From NCBI GenBank assembly GCA_027315205.1, contig DAHUYM010000005.1, positions 7,638-71,637 of the forward strand: a DNA stretch of 64,000 nt, given 5' to 3'. This document shows, piece after piece, positions 9,254 through 18,575 of this stretch. The DNA is from Leptospirillum sp. (lineage in GTDB: Bacteria; Nitrospirota; Leptospirillia; Leptospirillales; Leptospirillaceae). The notes beneath the pieces were generated by a model. That model was given only the letters and a program-made list of their open reading frames with translations. It was not told where the DNA came from and made no database searches. A program made the position numbers and the translations under genes. Within the stretch, counting starts at the first letter, position 1; each line of letters begins with the position of its first letter.

Positions 9254-9931
9254 ATGTCCAATCTCACATCGCATTCGGATCCTTCGTTATGCTGGAATTG
9301 TCGGGGGAGCCTGTCAGAAGCTGATCTCTGTACATCCTGCGTGAAGATTCAACCGATCGGACCGGAAACGGATTTTTTCTCGATTCTCGGAATTCCTGTC
9401 CGCTTGACGCTCGATACCGGGATCCTGACCGAACGTTTCCACGAAAAGAGCCGTTTGTTCCACCCCGATTACCACCGGCTCGAGGATACCCGGGAACAGG
9501 ATATCAGCCTGAACAACGCATCTCTCCTGAACCAGGCCTTCAAGACGCTCAAGGATCCTTTCGACCGGGCCCTGTATTTCCTGGACCTGACCAGCCGGCA
9601 CCATTCTCCGCAGGGACAGAGGGTGGTTCTGCCCCCTTCGCTCCTGATGGAGATCATGGAGTTCAAGGAAACCCTCGAGGAGCAGGTGGATTCCGGACAA
9701 TCCGAAAAGGCGTCGAAAACCCTGGCCGCCCGGATACGGGACGTCGAAGCGGCGATCCTCGGGCGGATGGAGTCCCTCGACAACCTCGCATCCGTCGACA
9801 AAAGCGGCAATGAAGAAACGAAACGATCCCGGGAGGATCTGACCCGGGATCTCGAATACCGAAAATACCTGAAATCCCTGGAACGTGATCTCAAGACACG
9901 GATCCAGGCCGTCGCCAGCCGAGTGGGCTGA
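9254..9931 (+). CDS. hscB: J-type co-chaperone HscB with N-terminal CxxC-x9-CxxC module
   Basis: J-domain FFSILGIP...FHPDY (HPD). A C-terminal helical domain follows. The N-terminus is [26 protein letters not shown]. Confidence 0.85.
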   Translation: MSNLTSHSDPSLCWNCRGSLSEADLCTSCVKIQPIGPETDFFSILGIPVRLTLDTGILTERFHEKSRLFHPDYHRLEDTREQDISLNNASLLNQAFKTLKDPFDRALYFLDLTSRHHSPQGQRVVLPPSLLMEIMEFKETLEEQVDSGQSEKASKTLAARIRDVEAAILGRMESLDNLASVDKSGNEETKRSREDLTRDLEYRKYLKSLERDLKTRIQAVASRVG

Positions 9932-9941
9932 AGGAGTCCAA

Positions 9942-11771
9942 TTGTCACGAACCGTTGTCGGTATCGACCTCGGAACGACCAACTCCCTGATCGCCGTGAT
10001 GAAGGAATCGCGGATCGATGTCATTCCCGACTCCGAAGGGCGCCGTCTTCTTCCGTCCGTCGTCGCCCTTTCCGGTGACGGCGTCCAGGTCGGATTTCCC
10101 GCCCGGGCCCGCTTGAACGATCCGGACACGGTGGTGGTCTATTCTGCCAAGAGGCTTATGGGCAGGTCGTTCGTAGAGATTTCCGGGGAGCTTCCCTACC
10201 TGGCTTATCCCGTGGAGGAAGTCCGCGGGCTTCCGATGATCCCGGACCGGCTCCGGAGCCGCCATCTCTCTCCTCCGGAAATAGGCGCACTGGTCCTCTC
10301 CGAACTCAAGAAGCGCGCTGAAATCCATCTGAACGCGCCGGTCACCGACGCGGTGATTACCGTTCCTGCCTATTTCAATGATGCCCAGCGCCAGGCCACA
10401 AAAGACGCGGGCGAGATGGCGGGGCTGAACGTCCTCCGAATCGTCAACGAACCTACGGCCGCAGCGCTGGCTTACGGATTCGGGTCGGGAAAGGACGGGC
10501 TTTTCGCCATCTATGACCTGGGAGGCGGCACCTTCGATTTTTCACTTCTCGACATCCGTAAAGGGATCTTTGAAGTTCGGGCCACAAGCGGAGACACCCA
10601 TCTTGGCGGAGACGATTTCGACCAGGCGATTGTCTCCGATTGGCTTTCCGGGATTTCCGGCGGGAATGACCTTTCAAGACGGACGGAAGTTCGCGACTTT
10701 CTTCGCAAAGAGGCGGAAAAGGCGAAGATCGCCCTGACCGAAGCCAAGGAAATTCGCGTATCCGTCCCGGCGTTGGGGTTCGAAACGGTTCTGACCCGCG
10801 ACCGCATGAACGCCCTTGTGGAACCCCTGGTTCAGAGGACCCTGGTTCCGGTCGCCAGGGCTCTCGACGACGCGGGTGTCTCTGTCTCCGATATCGATGG
10901 GGTGATTCTGGTCGGGGGAGCCACGAGGCTCCTCCGGGTCAAGGAGGCGGTCCAGGGTTTCTTCGGAAAACCCGTCTACGACCAGGTCGATCCCGATCTC
11001 GTCGTGGCGGAAGGGGCGGCTGTCCAGGGAAACATCCTTTCGGGCGAGAGGAAGGACCTCCTTCTTCTCGATGTCACCCCCCTTTCCCTCGGCATCGAGA
11101 CGATGGGGAACGTGATGTCCCCGCTTATCCCGAGGAACACAACCATTCCGACGCAGTCCAAGGAAATGTTCACCACGTTCCAGGATGGCCAGACGCGTGT
11201 GGATATCCACGTCCTCCAGGGCGAACGGGAGCTGGCAAAAGACAACCGGAGCCTCGCGCGCTTTTCCATGACGGAAATCGATCCGATGCCGGCCGGAGCC
11301 GCACGTGTCGAGGTGACCTTCATGATCGACGCGAACGGGATCCTGGATGTCCGCGCCGTCGACCAGCGGACCGGAAAATCCCAGGGGATTCTCGTCCATC
11401 CGTCCTACGGACTCACTCGGGAAGACGTGCGGGCCCTCATCAAGGAATCGTTCGACCACGCGAAGGAAGACTTCGAGACCCGGCTTCTGATCGACGCCAA
11501 AACCGAGGCCCAGACGGTACTGAATGCCACGCGACGGGCGTTGGACCGCCTTGACGACGACATCCTTCCGGCCGGTGAACGACTCGAGATCCGGACCCAG
11601 GTCACCGCTCTCGAAAACGCCATGGGCGGTTCCGACGGCCGCCGGGTCCGGGAAGAAACCCAGAAACTCGATCAGGTCACCAGGCCTCTCGCGGAACGGC
11701 TCATGAATCTCTCGGTCCATGAAGCCTTGTCCGGGAAAAAGGTCAAGGGACCAGGAGAAAAAGATGCCTAA
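9942..11771 (+). CDS. hscA: Hsp70-type Fe-S chaperone HscA
   Basis: [27 protein letters not shown] and [15 protein letters not shown]. Start moved to TTG 9942, preceded by AAGGAG (9931-9936). Same frame as listed ORF 9885..11771. Confidence 0.9.
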   Translation: MSRTVVGIDLGTTNSLIAVMKESRIDVIPDSEGRRLLPSVVALSGDGVQVGFPARARLNDPDTVVVYSAKRLMGRSFVEISGELPYLAYPVEEVRGLPMIPDRLRSRHLSPPEIGALVLSELKKRAEIHLNAPVTDAVITVPAYFNDAQRQATKDAGEMAGLNVLRIVNEPTAAALAYGFGSGKDGLFAIYDLGGGTFDFSLLDIRKGIFEVRATSGDTHLGGDDFDQAIVSDWLSGISGGNDLSRRTEVRDFLRKEAEKAKIALTEAKEIRVSVPALGFETVLTRDRMNALVEPLVQRTLVPVARALDDAGVSVSDIDGVILVGGATRLLRVKEAVQGFFGKPVYDQVDPDLVVAEGAAVQGNILSGERKDLLLLDVTPLSLGIETMGNVMSPLIPRNTTIPTQSKEMFTTFQDGQTRVDIHVLQGERELAKDNRSLARFSMTEIDPMPAGAARVEVTFMIDANGILDVRAVDQRTGKSQGILVHPSYGLTREDVRALIKESFDHAKEDFETRLLIDAKTEAQTVLNATRRALDRLDDDILPAGERLEIRTQVTALENAMGGSDGRRVREETQKLDQVTRPLAERLMNLSVHEALSGKKVKGPGEKDA

Positions 11772-12075
11772 AATCCTGTTCCAGGACGACGGCAAGACCA
11801 TCGAGGCTAAGGACGGCGAATCGATCCTTCAGGCGGCCCTTCGCTCGGGCGTCCATATCGAACATAACTGCGGAGGCGTCTGCGCATGTTCGACCTGCCA
11901 CGTGATCGTCGAACAGGGGATCGACCATCTGTCTCCCATGCAGGAAGACGAGGAAGATCAACTCGACGAGGCGGAAGGGCTCACTCTCAAGTCCCGGCTT
12001 TCATGCCAGGCGCTCGTTCACGGCGATATCGTCGTGCGGATCCCTCTCTGCACCAAGGGCGGACACGAACACTGA
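11764..12075 (+). CDS. fdx: Isc-type [2Fe-2S] ferredoxin
   Basis: [15 protein letters not shown]...; Cys pattern [11 protein letters not shown]...LSCQ (Cx5CxxC...C). ATG 11764 overlaps the hscA stop. Confidence 0.9.
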   Translation: MPKILFQDDGKTIEAKDGESILQAALRSGVHIEHNCGGVCACSTCHVIVEQGIDHLSPMQEDEEDQLDEAEGLTLKSRLSCQALVHGDIVVRIPLCTKGGHEH

Positions 12076-12123
12076 CCCGGGGGACGCCGAAACCGGCATT
12101 CCCCGGTCCTTGCTTAAAGGAGT

Positions 12124-12336
12124 GTGACTAGGGTGAACTGGAACGAACCGCACGAAATCGGATATCTCCTCTCGGAAAATCATCCGGATATCGATCCCCT
12201 GACCGTGCGCTTTACCGATCTTCACCGGTACGTGCTCGAGCTTCCCGGTTTTACGGGAGACCCGAAAGCGTCCAACGAAAAGGTCCTGGAATCGATCCAG
12301 ATGGCTTGGCTTGAGGAGTGGCAGGACCGGAACTGA
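12124..12336 (+). CDS. iscX: Fe-S assembly protein IscX (YfhJ-like)
   Basis: 70-aa acidic protein: ...WNEPHEIGYLLSENHPDIDPLTVRFTDLHRYVLELPGF... Its position after fdx is canonical. Confidence 0.8.
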   Translation: MTRVNWNEPHEIGYLLSENHPDIDPLTVRFTDLHRYVLELPGFTGDPKASNEKVLESIQMAWLEEWQDRN

Positions 12337-12752
12337 AAACCCCCGGCGATGACTCTCCGGAGCGGCGGGACAATCCGTCCGGATGGCTGAAGGTTCGCGT
12401 CAGGATACCTTCTGGAGCTCTCAGTGCCCCCGAACTGGTTCAACGCCTGAAGTTCTACAAGCCGACCTCGGGGTACAGGGATTTTGTCACGGCCCGAGGC
12501 GGGAGTCCGGAAATCGGGGAAGAGGAGTTCCGGCGTCTCTGGAACCGGGTCGCTCCCCATCCCCACGAAAGGGACGAGTGGGTTCCCTTCGTTCCGGACT
12601 GGACGGATTCCGAAGGACGACGCTACCAGGTTCTGGGGGAAGAACCGGACGCGTTCCGGCTCTTGAGAGACGACGGGGTCACCGGCCAATGCTCCCGAAG
12701 GGATTTTCCGGCGCTCTTCCGGCCCATCGTCCGGACGGGAGAAGACTCTTGA
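12318..12752 (+). CDS. Hypothetical protein (orphan ORF between iscX and apbC)
   Basis: 144 aa. GTG start overlaps the iscX 3' end by 19 nt. Codon usage (gaa/ccg/ttc bias) resembles neighbouring genes. The alternative frames (12383..12817 + and 12222..12863 -) are Arg/Gly/Pro-rich shadows. No family recognised. Confidence 0.45.
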   Translation: MAGPELKTPGDDSPERRDNPSGWLKVRVRIPSGALSAPELVQRLKFYKPTSGYRDFVTARGGSPEIGEEEFRRLWNRVAPHPHERDEWVPFVPDWTDSEGRRYQVLGEEPDAFRLLRDDGVTGQCSRRDFPALFRPIVRTGEDS

Positions 12753-12901
12753 CGCATGTGCGGCTAAGGATCGCTCCCATTCGCACACGATGCGCCGACG
12801 GCCGACTCGCGCCGTGATCCATGACATTCGCGTTCCCGGGGAATGATCGAACCGAGAACACAAACGAAACCATCGAAGACCAATGCTTCAAGGAGATATC
12901 C

Positions 12902-13978
12902 ATGACCCAGGTGTCCGAGGAAAAAGTGTGGCAGGCCTTGAGCCGTGTCATCGAACCGGATTTCAAGAAGGACCTTGTCACTCTGAAAATGGTGGAGAAC
13001 CTGAAGATCGAAGGGGGAAAGGTATCCTTCACGATCGTTCTGACCACGCCGGCCTGTCCGCTGAAGGATGAAATGAAAAAGTCCTGCAACGAAGCTCTTT
13101 CCCAAGTCGAGGGCGTATCCGAAACCGAAATCGCCTTCACGGCCCGGACGACCACGGGTACCTTCACGGGAAAAGCCGCCATTCCGGGAGTCAGGAACGT
13201 TCTCGCGGTCTCTAGCGGCAAGGGTGGCGTCGGAAAATCCACGACCGCCGTAAACCTTGCCATCGCCTTAAAGGCTTTGGGCGCGAAGGTCGGGATCATG
13301 GACGCAGACGTCTATGGGCCCAATATCCCGATGATGCTCGGCATCAATACGCCCCCGAAACAGGAGGGAAACCGTTTCATTCCCCCGAAAGGACATGGCA
13401 TCACCTGCATGTCGATGGCCTTCATGGTGCCTCCCGGGACGCCCCTCATCTGGCGGGGACCGATGCTCCACGGCGTGATCCAGCAGTTCATCCGCGACGT
13501 GGAATGGGGTGAACTCGACTACCTGATCGTGGACATGCCCCCCGGGACCGGCGACGCCCAATTGTCCCTGGCGCAGCTTGTCCCCCTCTCGGGGACGATC
13601 ATCGTTACGACGCCCCAGGAGGTGGCCCTTTCGGATTCCCGGAGAGGCCTCGCCATGTTCCAGAAGGTCAATGTGCCGATCCTGGGCATCGTGGAGAACA
13701 TGAGTTCGTTCGTCTGCCCCCATTGCCACGAGGAAACCGCCATCTTCTCCCGGGGCGGCGGGGAATCGGCCGCCAAGGAACTTGGCGTTCCGTTCCTGGG
13801 ACGCATCCCCATCGATCTCTCCATCCGCGAAGGCGGCGACCATGGAATGCCGATCGCCATAGGCCAACCTTCCCATGAAATCTCGAAGGCGTATCAGGAA
13901 ATCGCCGGAAAACTCGCTTCGGCCATCAGCATCCTGAACGCCGGTGCCAAACCGATACAGATCGCGGGCTTTTCGTGA
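12902..13978 (+). CDS. apbC: Mrp/ApbC/NBP35-family Fe-S cluster carrier ATPase
   Basis: Trimmed to ATG 12902, which has an AAGGAG RBS. N-terminal DUF59/MIP18-like domain, deviant Walker A SGKGGVGKST, and CPHC cluster-bridging motif. Confidence 0.9.
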   Translation: MTQVSEEKVWQALSRVIEPDFKKDLVTLKMVENLKIEGGKVSFTIVLTTPACPLKDEMKKSCNEALSQVEGVSETEIAFTARTTTGTFTGKAAIPGVRNVLAVSSGKGGVGKSTTAVNLAIALKALGAKVGIMDADVYGPNIPMMLGINTPPKQEGNRFIPPKGHGITCMSMAFMVPPGTPLIWRGPMLHGVIQQFIRDVEWGELDYLIVDMPPGTGDAQLSLAQLVPLSGTIIVTTPQEVALSDSRRGLAMFQKVNVPILGIVENMSSFVCPHCHEETAIFSRGGGESAAKELGVPFLGRIPIDLSIREGGDHGMPIAIGQPSHEISKAYQEIAGKLASAISILNAGAKPIQIAGFS

Positions 13979-14012
13979 CTGCCGGAACGGCCCCCATCGG
14001 GAAGAACCCGGC

Positions 14013-14255
14013 GTGAACCCCCACAAGGTCGCGCGTGTCGCGCGCTATGACGAAGCCCTGAAAACCTGGAAAACGCTTCACATGACGACCGAGATGGTTT
14101 CGAAGAAAGCCCTGGGGCCCGGAACGTTCGAAGGATCCGGTCGTGACGAGGACTGGCGGAGGTGGGAAGAGTCCATGAACAACGAGATGGACGCGTACCT
14201 CGAGCTCAGGGAAGCCTGGCTCGAGCTGACCTCCGAAGACCCGCGCCAGCCCTGA
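14013..14255 (+). CDS. Small hypothetical protein (80 aa, helical, acidic C-terminus)
   Basis: GTG 14013 within listed ORF 13944..14255. Coding-like codon usage. Convergent with rmuC. No family recognised. Confidence 0.35.
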   Translation: MNPHKVARVARYDEALKTWKTLHMTTEMVSKKALGPGTFEGSGRDEDWRRWEESMNNEMDAYLELREAWLELTSEDPRQP

Positions 14256-14261
14256 CCTTTC

Positions 14262-15623
14262 CTAGGGGGCATCGGACGGTTCGTCCGTTTCCATCAGTTC
14301 GGGGGCCGAAAATCCCCGGGGCACGCCTTCGGATCCCGTCAGCTCCGGGATCGTCTCGTTGTCCGGGGCCGATTTCAGTTCCTTGAACCGCCGGGCCTGG
14401 ACGAGGACGCGGGATTCGAGATTTCCCACCGATTTGTTGTACGCCTCGACGGTCTGCGTCAGGTGCTTGCCCATGTCTCTCCAATGTCCCGCGAGTTTCA
14501 CGATTCTCCCGTAGAGCTCCCGGCCGAGCATCGACACTTCCTGGGCGTTTTTCGCGACGTTTTCCTGCCGCCATCCATAGGCGACGGTCTTCAAAAGGGC
14601 AATCAGGGTCGTCGGGCTCGCCAGGATGACCCTCCGTTCCACGCCGAACTCGATCAGTTCCCGGTCTTCCTGCAGGGCCACGCTGAAGAACACTTCTCCC
14701 GGGATAAAGAGGACCACGAATTCCGGAGTAATGGTCAGGCTGTCCCAATAGGCTTTCCGGCCCAGTTCCTCCATGTGGTCCCGCATCTGGCGGGCATGTT
14801 TCTGGAGGAGACCCTTCCTCTGCGCGTCGTCCGTCGCCTCGAGGGCATCGAGATACGCGTCGAGGGGGGTTTTCGCATCGACCACGATCTGCTTTCCGCC
14901 CGGGAGCCTTACGATCAGATCCGGCCGCTGTCGCCCTCCTTCGACCGAAAGGCTCTTCTGTTCGTCGAAGTCGCAGTATTCCTGCATGCCGGCCATCTCA
15001 ACTACACGCCTGAGCTGTATTTCACCCCAGCGACCACGTACCGAAGGCTGTTTCAGGGCATTCACGAGGCTCGAGGTTTCCCGGTGAAGCTGCGGGATCT
15101 GGACCTCCATCAGCGTCCGGATCTGCTCTCCCAGCTGGGAATACGCCGACACACGGGCCACTTCCAGTTCTCCCAGGCGGAGACCGACTTTTTCAAGGGA
15201 TTCCTTTACGGGCTTGACCAGTTCGTCGACGGCTTTCTGGCGGAGTTCGAGATCGGCCTGGGCGGTTTTCTGATATGTCTCGAGATTCGTCTTCGCGAGT
15301 TCCAGAAACGCCTGGTTGTTGCTTTTCAAGGCTTCTCCCGACAGCGCCCTGAAGCTTTCGAGAAGCGCTTCCCTGGCCTGTCCCAGGAGTTCGATCTTTT
15401 CCTGGGCGCCTTTTCGCTCCTCGCCGATCGTGGCCTCGAGCCCTCCGATCCGGACCGCCTGGGTGCGGATCTCCTCCCGGGCCGCCTTCAAATCCGACAG
15501 CGCCTCTTCGAGGCGGGTTTCGGCGGATTTCAGCCGTTCCGCCTTTTTCTGGCCAAACAGCCAGACGGCGGCCCCGCCCAGAAGACAACCTGCGGCCAGA
15601 AACAGCCATTCTTTCAAAGTCAT
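14262..15623 (-). CDS. rmuC: DNA recombination protein RmuC
   Basis: 453 aa. N-terminal TM, a long coiled coil, then the RmuC nuclease-like core (...RPDLIVRLPGGKQIVVDAKTPL...FVVLFIPGE...). Confidence 0.9.
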   Translation of the reverse strand: MTLKEWLFLAAGCLLGGAAVWLFGQKKAERLKSAETRLEEALSDLKAAREEIRTQAVRIGGLEATIGEERKGAQEKIELLGQAREALLESFRALSGEALKSNNQAFLELAKTNLETYQKTAQADLELRQKAVDELVKPVKESLEKVGLRLGELEVARVSAYSQLGEQIRTLMEVQIPQLHRETSSLVNALKQPSVRGRWGEIQLRRVVEMAGMQEYCDFDEQKSLSVEGGRQRPDLIVRLPGGKQIVVDAKTPLDAYLDALEATDDAQRKGLLQKHARQMRDHMEELGRKAYWDSLTITPEFVVLFIPGEVFFSVALQEDRELIEFGVERRVILASPTTLIALLKTVAYGWRQENVAKNAQEVSMLGRELYGRIVKLAGHWRDMGKHLTQTVEAYNKSVGNLESRVLVQARRFKELKSAPDNETIPELTGSEGVPRGFSAPELMETDEPSDAP

Positions 15624-15831
15624 TCCTTCCTTAAGAAATGAAACCTGCCGACCGCACCCGGAGGGTGCAAATGAACGGATACATCTTCTTTTGTACCACG
15701 ATTTGCCGAATCCCCCCTAGAACGGAGTTCACATACCCGCCCACTCCCCTTTTTCCGGCGGGGAAGGCTAAAATGGTACCTTTAGCGGGCCGCCTACACC
15801 TGACGGTCGAACCTTATCCCTAGAGGTACCG

Positions 15832-16656
15832 ATGGAACAGGAACCGCGCCCTTCCCTCCCCCCGGACGACAAGGTCCGGATGGCCTTCATCGTGGCCTAC
15901 GACGGGAGGGGCTTTCACGGGTGGCAATACCAGCCCTCGGTCTCCAGTGTGCAGGGGACGATCGAGTCCGCGTTCGAACGGCTCCTGGATCTTCCGGTCC
16001 GGATCGCGGGGTCCGGACGGACCGATACCGGGGTCTCCGCCTGGGGTCAGGTGTTCCATGTCGACGTAGACGGAACCGGCCGATGGACCCCCGAAACCCT
16101 CCGGCGGGCCGTGAACCATTTCCTTCCTCCGGAGATCCGGATCGTTTCGGGATGTGTCGTGGCGGCCGACTTCCACGCCCGGCACGACGTCCGGGCCAAG
16201 ATCTACAGATACGCCTTCGTTTCGGCGCCCCGGCTGGGACACACCCCGTCTCCGCTCTCCCTTCCGTTTTTGGCTTTCATTCCCGCGCCGCTCGACCTGA
16301 CACTCATGAAGACCGCCTCCCGTTCTTTCCTCGGTTCCCGATACTACGCCCACTTCACCGTCCAGCGATCGTGTCCGGAAAATCTCGTCAGGACGGTCGA
16401 CGGGATTCATTGGGAAATCGCCGCGGATTCGATTTCTTTCTGGGTGACGGGACGGGGGTTTCTCCACATGATGATCCGGTACATGGTCGGAGGACTGATC
16501 GACGTCGGGGCGGGACGGAGGACGCCGGGCGAACTGGAGAAACTCCTGATTCCCGGATCCGATGCTCCAAAGGTCCCGATCCGGCCGGCACCCCCCGAAG
16601 GCCTGTGTCTCGTAAGGGTTCTGTACGGGAAAAAGGATCCTTTTTATCCGTATTGA
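15832..16656 (+). CDS. truA: tRNA pseudouridine(38-40) synthase TruA
   Basis: AYDGRGFHGWQYQ and the catalytic GSGRTDTGVSA motif. Confidence 0.9.
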   Translation: MEQEPRPSLPPDDKVRMAFIVAYDGRGFHGWQYQPSVSSVQGTIESAFERLLDLPVRIAGSGRTDTGVSAWGQVFHVDVDGTGRWTPETLRRAVNHFLPPEIRIVSGCVVAADFHARHDVRAKIYRYAFVSAPRLGHTPSPLSLPFLAFIPAPLDLTLMKTASRSFLGSRYYAHFTVQRSCPENLVRTVDGIHWEIAADSISFWVTGRGFLHMMIRYMVGGLIDVGAGRRTPGELEKLLIPGSDAPKVPIRPAPPEGLCLVRVLYGKKDPFYPY

Positions 16657-16725
16657 CTCGGGAAGGGTTCCTTTTCGATCCGATTCTCAACCTCCCGAGG
16701 CTACCCTTATAAACGCTTAACGCCA

Positions 16726-16774
16726 CCTGAAAATGCTCCTTGCGTTTGACCCTGAAATGCTCCTTGCGTTTGAC
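16726..16774. repeat. Tandem direct repeat, 25 nt + 24 nt (CCTGAAA(A)TGCTCCTTGCGTTTGAC x2)
   Basis: Read directly. The two units differ by a single A. An 11-nt core GAAATGCTCCT recurs at 17453-17463, on the other side of vapBC. Confidence 0.9.
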
Positions 16775-16780
16775 CTGGTG

Positions 16781-16820
16781 TGCATATAAAATGACATCAT
16801 ATGATGTTATTTTATATGCA
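16781..16820. promoter_or_regulatory. 40-bp near-perfect palindrome; probable vapBC operator overlapping the promoter
   Basis: TGCATATAAAATGACATCAT|ATGATGTTATTTTATATGCA has 19 of 20 arm positions complementary. It ends 17 nt before the vapB ATG. It embeds ATGACA - 16 nt - TATATG promoter-like hexamers. Confidence 0.6.
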
Positions 16821-16836
16821 TCCAGATTCGAGGGAC

Positions 16837-17037
16837 ATGATGAGGACCACTCTGAACATCGAAGACGAACTTCTGGCCAAGGCAAAAAAACTCAGTGGCC
16901 TGAAAGAAAAAACGGTTCTTGTCCGCGAAGGATTGAAGGCCTTGATCGAGCGCGAGACGGCCCGCCGGCTGTCGCAATTGGGGGGAAGCGAACCACAGTT
17001 GGAGCCCGTACGGAGGCGAAGGCCCGATCCGTCATGA
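16837..17037 (+). CDS. vapB: Type II antitoxin VapB
   Basis: MMRTTLNIEDELLAKAKKLSGLKEKTVLVREGLKALIERE... is the typical VapB-antitoxin N-terminus. Trimmed from ORF 16801..17037. Confidence 0.8.
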   Translation: MMRTTLNIEDELLAKAKKLSGLKEKTVLVREGLKALIERETARRLSQLGGSEPQLEPVRRRRPDPS

Positions 17038-17396
17038 TTCTTGTCGACACGTCCGTCTGGGCCGATCATTTTCGTGTCACCGAACCAAATCTTGTAAGGA
17101 TTCTTGCATCGGGCGACGTGGTTATGCATCCTTTCGTCGTAGGCGAATTGGCTTTGGGAACCCTGAAAAACCGAATTGTCATTCTCTCGCTCCTGCACGA
17201 TTTACCCGAAGCGCCGCTCGTGAGTGACAAAGAAGCCCTCTACTTTCTGGAAAAACATCGCTTGACAGGTCGGGGAATCGGTTATATCGACCTGCACCTC
17301 CTGGCCTCGGTCGCGTTAACCGGAAGAGGCAAAATTTGGACAAAAGACAAACGTCTCTCCCATGTGGCCGAAACGATTCGTCTCGCAGTTGGATGA
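17034..17396 (+). CDS. vapC: PIN-domain toxin VapC
   Basis: MILVDTSVWADHF...VVGELALG...GIGYIDLHLLASV... (PIN acidic residues). ATGA overlap with the vapB stop. Confidence 0.85.
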   Translation: MILVDTSVWADHFRVTEPNLVRILASGDVVMHPFVVGELALGTLKNRIVILSLLHDLPEAPLVSDKEALYFLEKHRLTGRGIGYIDLHLLASVALTGRGKIWTKDKRLSHVAETIRLAVG

Positions 17397-17523
17397 TACC
17401 GGATTCATAAAAATCCTCTTCATTAGCCGTTAAGCTTTCGAACTCCCAACCGGAAATGCTCCTCAAAATCCTTTTTAAAGCATTAATAACCTATAATTTT
17501 TCCGTATAACCGATAAATCGAGT

Positions 17524-17901
17524 ATGACAAAAACGTATGCCCTTGACATGCAACCAAAAGGTTGCATAATAGAGACTATGGACATGGATCTGGTGTTCCG
17601 GGCGCTTGCAGACCCGGGAAGACGCCACCTGCTGGACCAGCTCCGAGAAAGGAACGGACAGACCTTGGGAGATCTGTGCAGGGGGCTCGACATGACACGA
17701 CAGGCCGTGACCAAGCACCTTCGCATTTTGGAAAAAGCGCATCTCGTGGTGACGCAAAAACGGGGGCGGGAAAAACTCCATTACCTTAATCCCGTTCCGA
17801 TCCATGACATTGCCGATCGCTGGATCGACAAGTTCGAAAGGGGCCGTCTGCAGGCTCTGAGTGATCTGAAAAAACAGCTCGAAGGAGAGACCGATGGGTA
17901 A
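17524..17901 (+). CDS. ArsR/SmtB-family transcriptional regulator
   Basis: ...FRALADPGRRHLLDQLRERNGQTLGDLCRGLDMTRQAVTKHLRILEKAHLV... is a wHTH. The true start may be the ATG at 17578. Confidence 0.8.
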   Translation: MTKTYALDMQPKGCIIETMDMDLVFRALADPGRRHLLDQLRERNGQTLGDLCRGLDMTRQAVTKHLRILEKAHLVVTQKRGREKLHYLNPVPIHDIADRWIDKFERGRLQALSDLKKQLEGETDG

Positions 17902-18343
17902 AGAATTGACGTTCATTTATGTTTTCTATATCCGGACAACACCGGAACGCTTATGGGAAGCCCTGACCAACCCGGAATTCACTCGCCAATACTGGGGGGG
18001 AAACGCGAATGTTTCCGACTGGAAAAAGGGGGCGAAATGGCAACATGTCGATCGGGATGAGAACGACAATGTCTACGTTGTCGGCGAGGTGCTGGAAAGC
18101 CTACCGCCAAAACGACTGGTGCTCACCTGGGCCGATCCGGACGATACAGCCGACAGTTCGCGCGTCACGTTTGAAATCGAGCCGATCGAAGACATGGTGC
18201 GCCTAAACGTCACACACGGAGACTTCAAGACCGGTTCGGTCATGGCAGGCAAGGTTTCCGGAGGGTGGCCGCGCGTGCTCTCCAGTTTGAAATCCTTCCT
18301 CGAAACCGGAAAAGCTCTCAATATCTCGTGTGGCAGCCATTAG
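17894..18343 (+). CDS. SRPBCC/AHSA1-family protein
   Basis: ...TPERLWEALTNPEFTRQYWGG... Activator-of-Hsp90-ATPase-like/START fold. 8-nt overlap with the arsR-like gene. Confidence 0.8.
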   Translation: MGKELTFIYVFYIRTTPERLWEALTNPEFTRQYWGGNANVSDWKKGAKWQHVDRDENDNVYVVGEVLESLPPKRLVLTWADPDDTADSSRVTFEIEPIEDMVRLNVTHGDFKTGSVMAGKVSGGWPRVLSSLKSFLETGKALNISCGSH

Positions 18344-18575
18344 GACAGCCCTCAATATCCGGGCCGGAATGTCCGGTCCCTGTACGAAACGTATAGACAT
18401 TGGGAGACGTATGACAACGGATTCGAAACCGGATTCCGGACGGCCGACCCGTTTCGAAATGCCAAGCCCCGCCGGCATTCGCAGACGGGCGCGATAGAAG
18501 GATGAGCGCAATCGAATGAGAACCGTTTTCCGGTTTTAGGGCGTGATGCGATTCAGGAAAACGACAGGCAGTATG

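Noticed and set aside
12222-12863. 213-aa minus-strand ORF and 144-aa alternative plus frame (12383..12817) in the iscX-apbC gap.
   Set aside because: Both are Arg/Gly/Pro-rich. The 12318..12752 frame has more protein-like composition and local codon usage. None is proven, so the chosen frame gets only 0.45 confidence.
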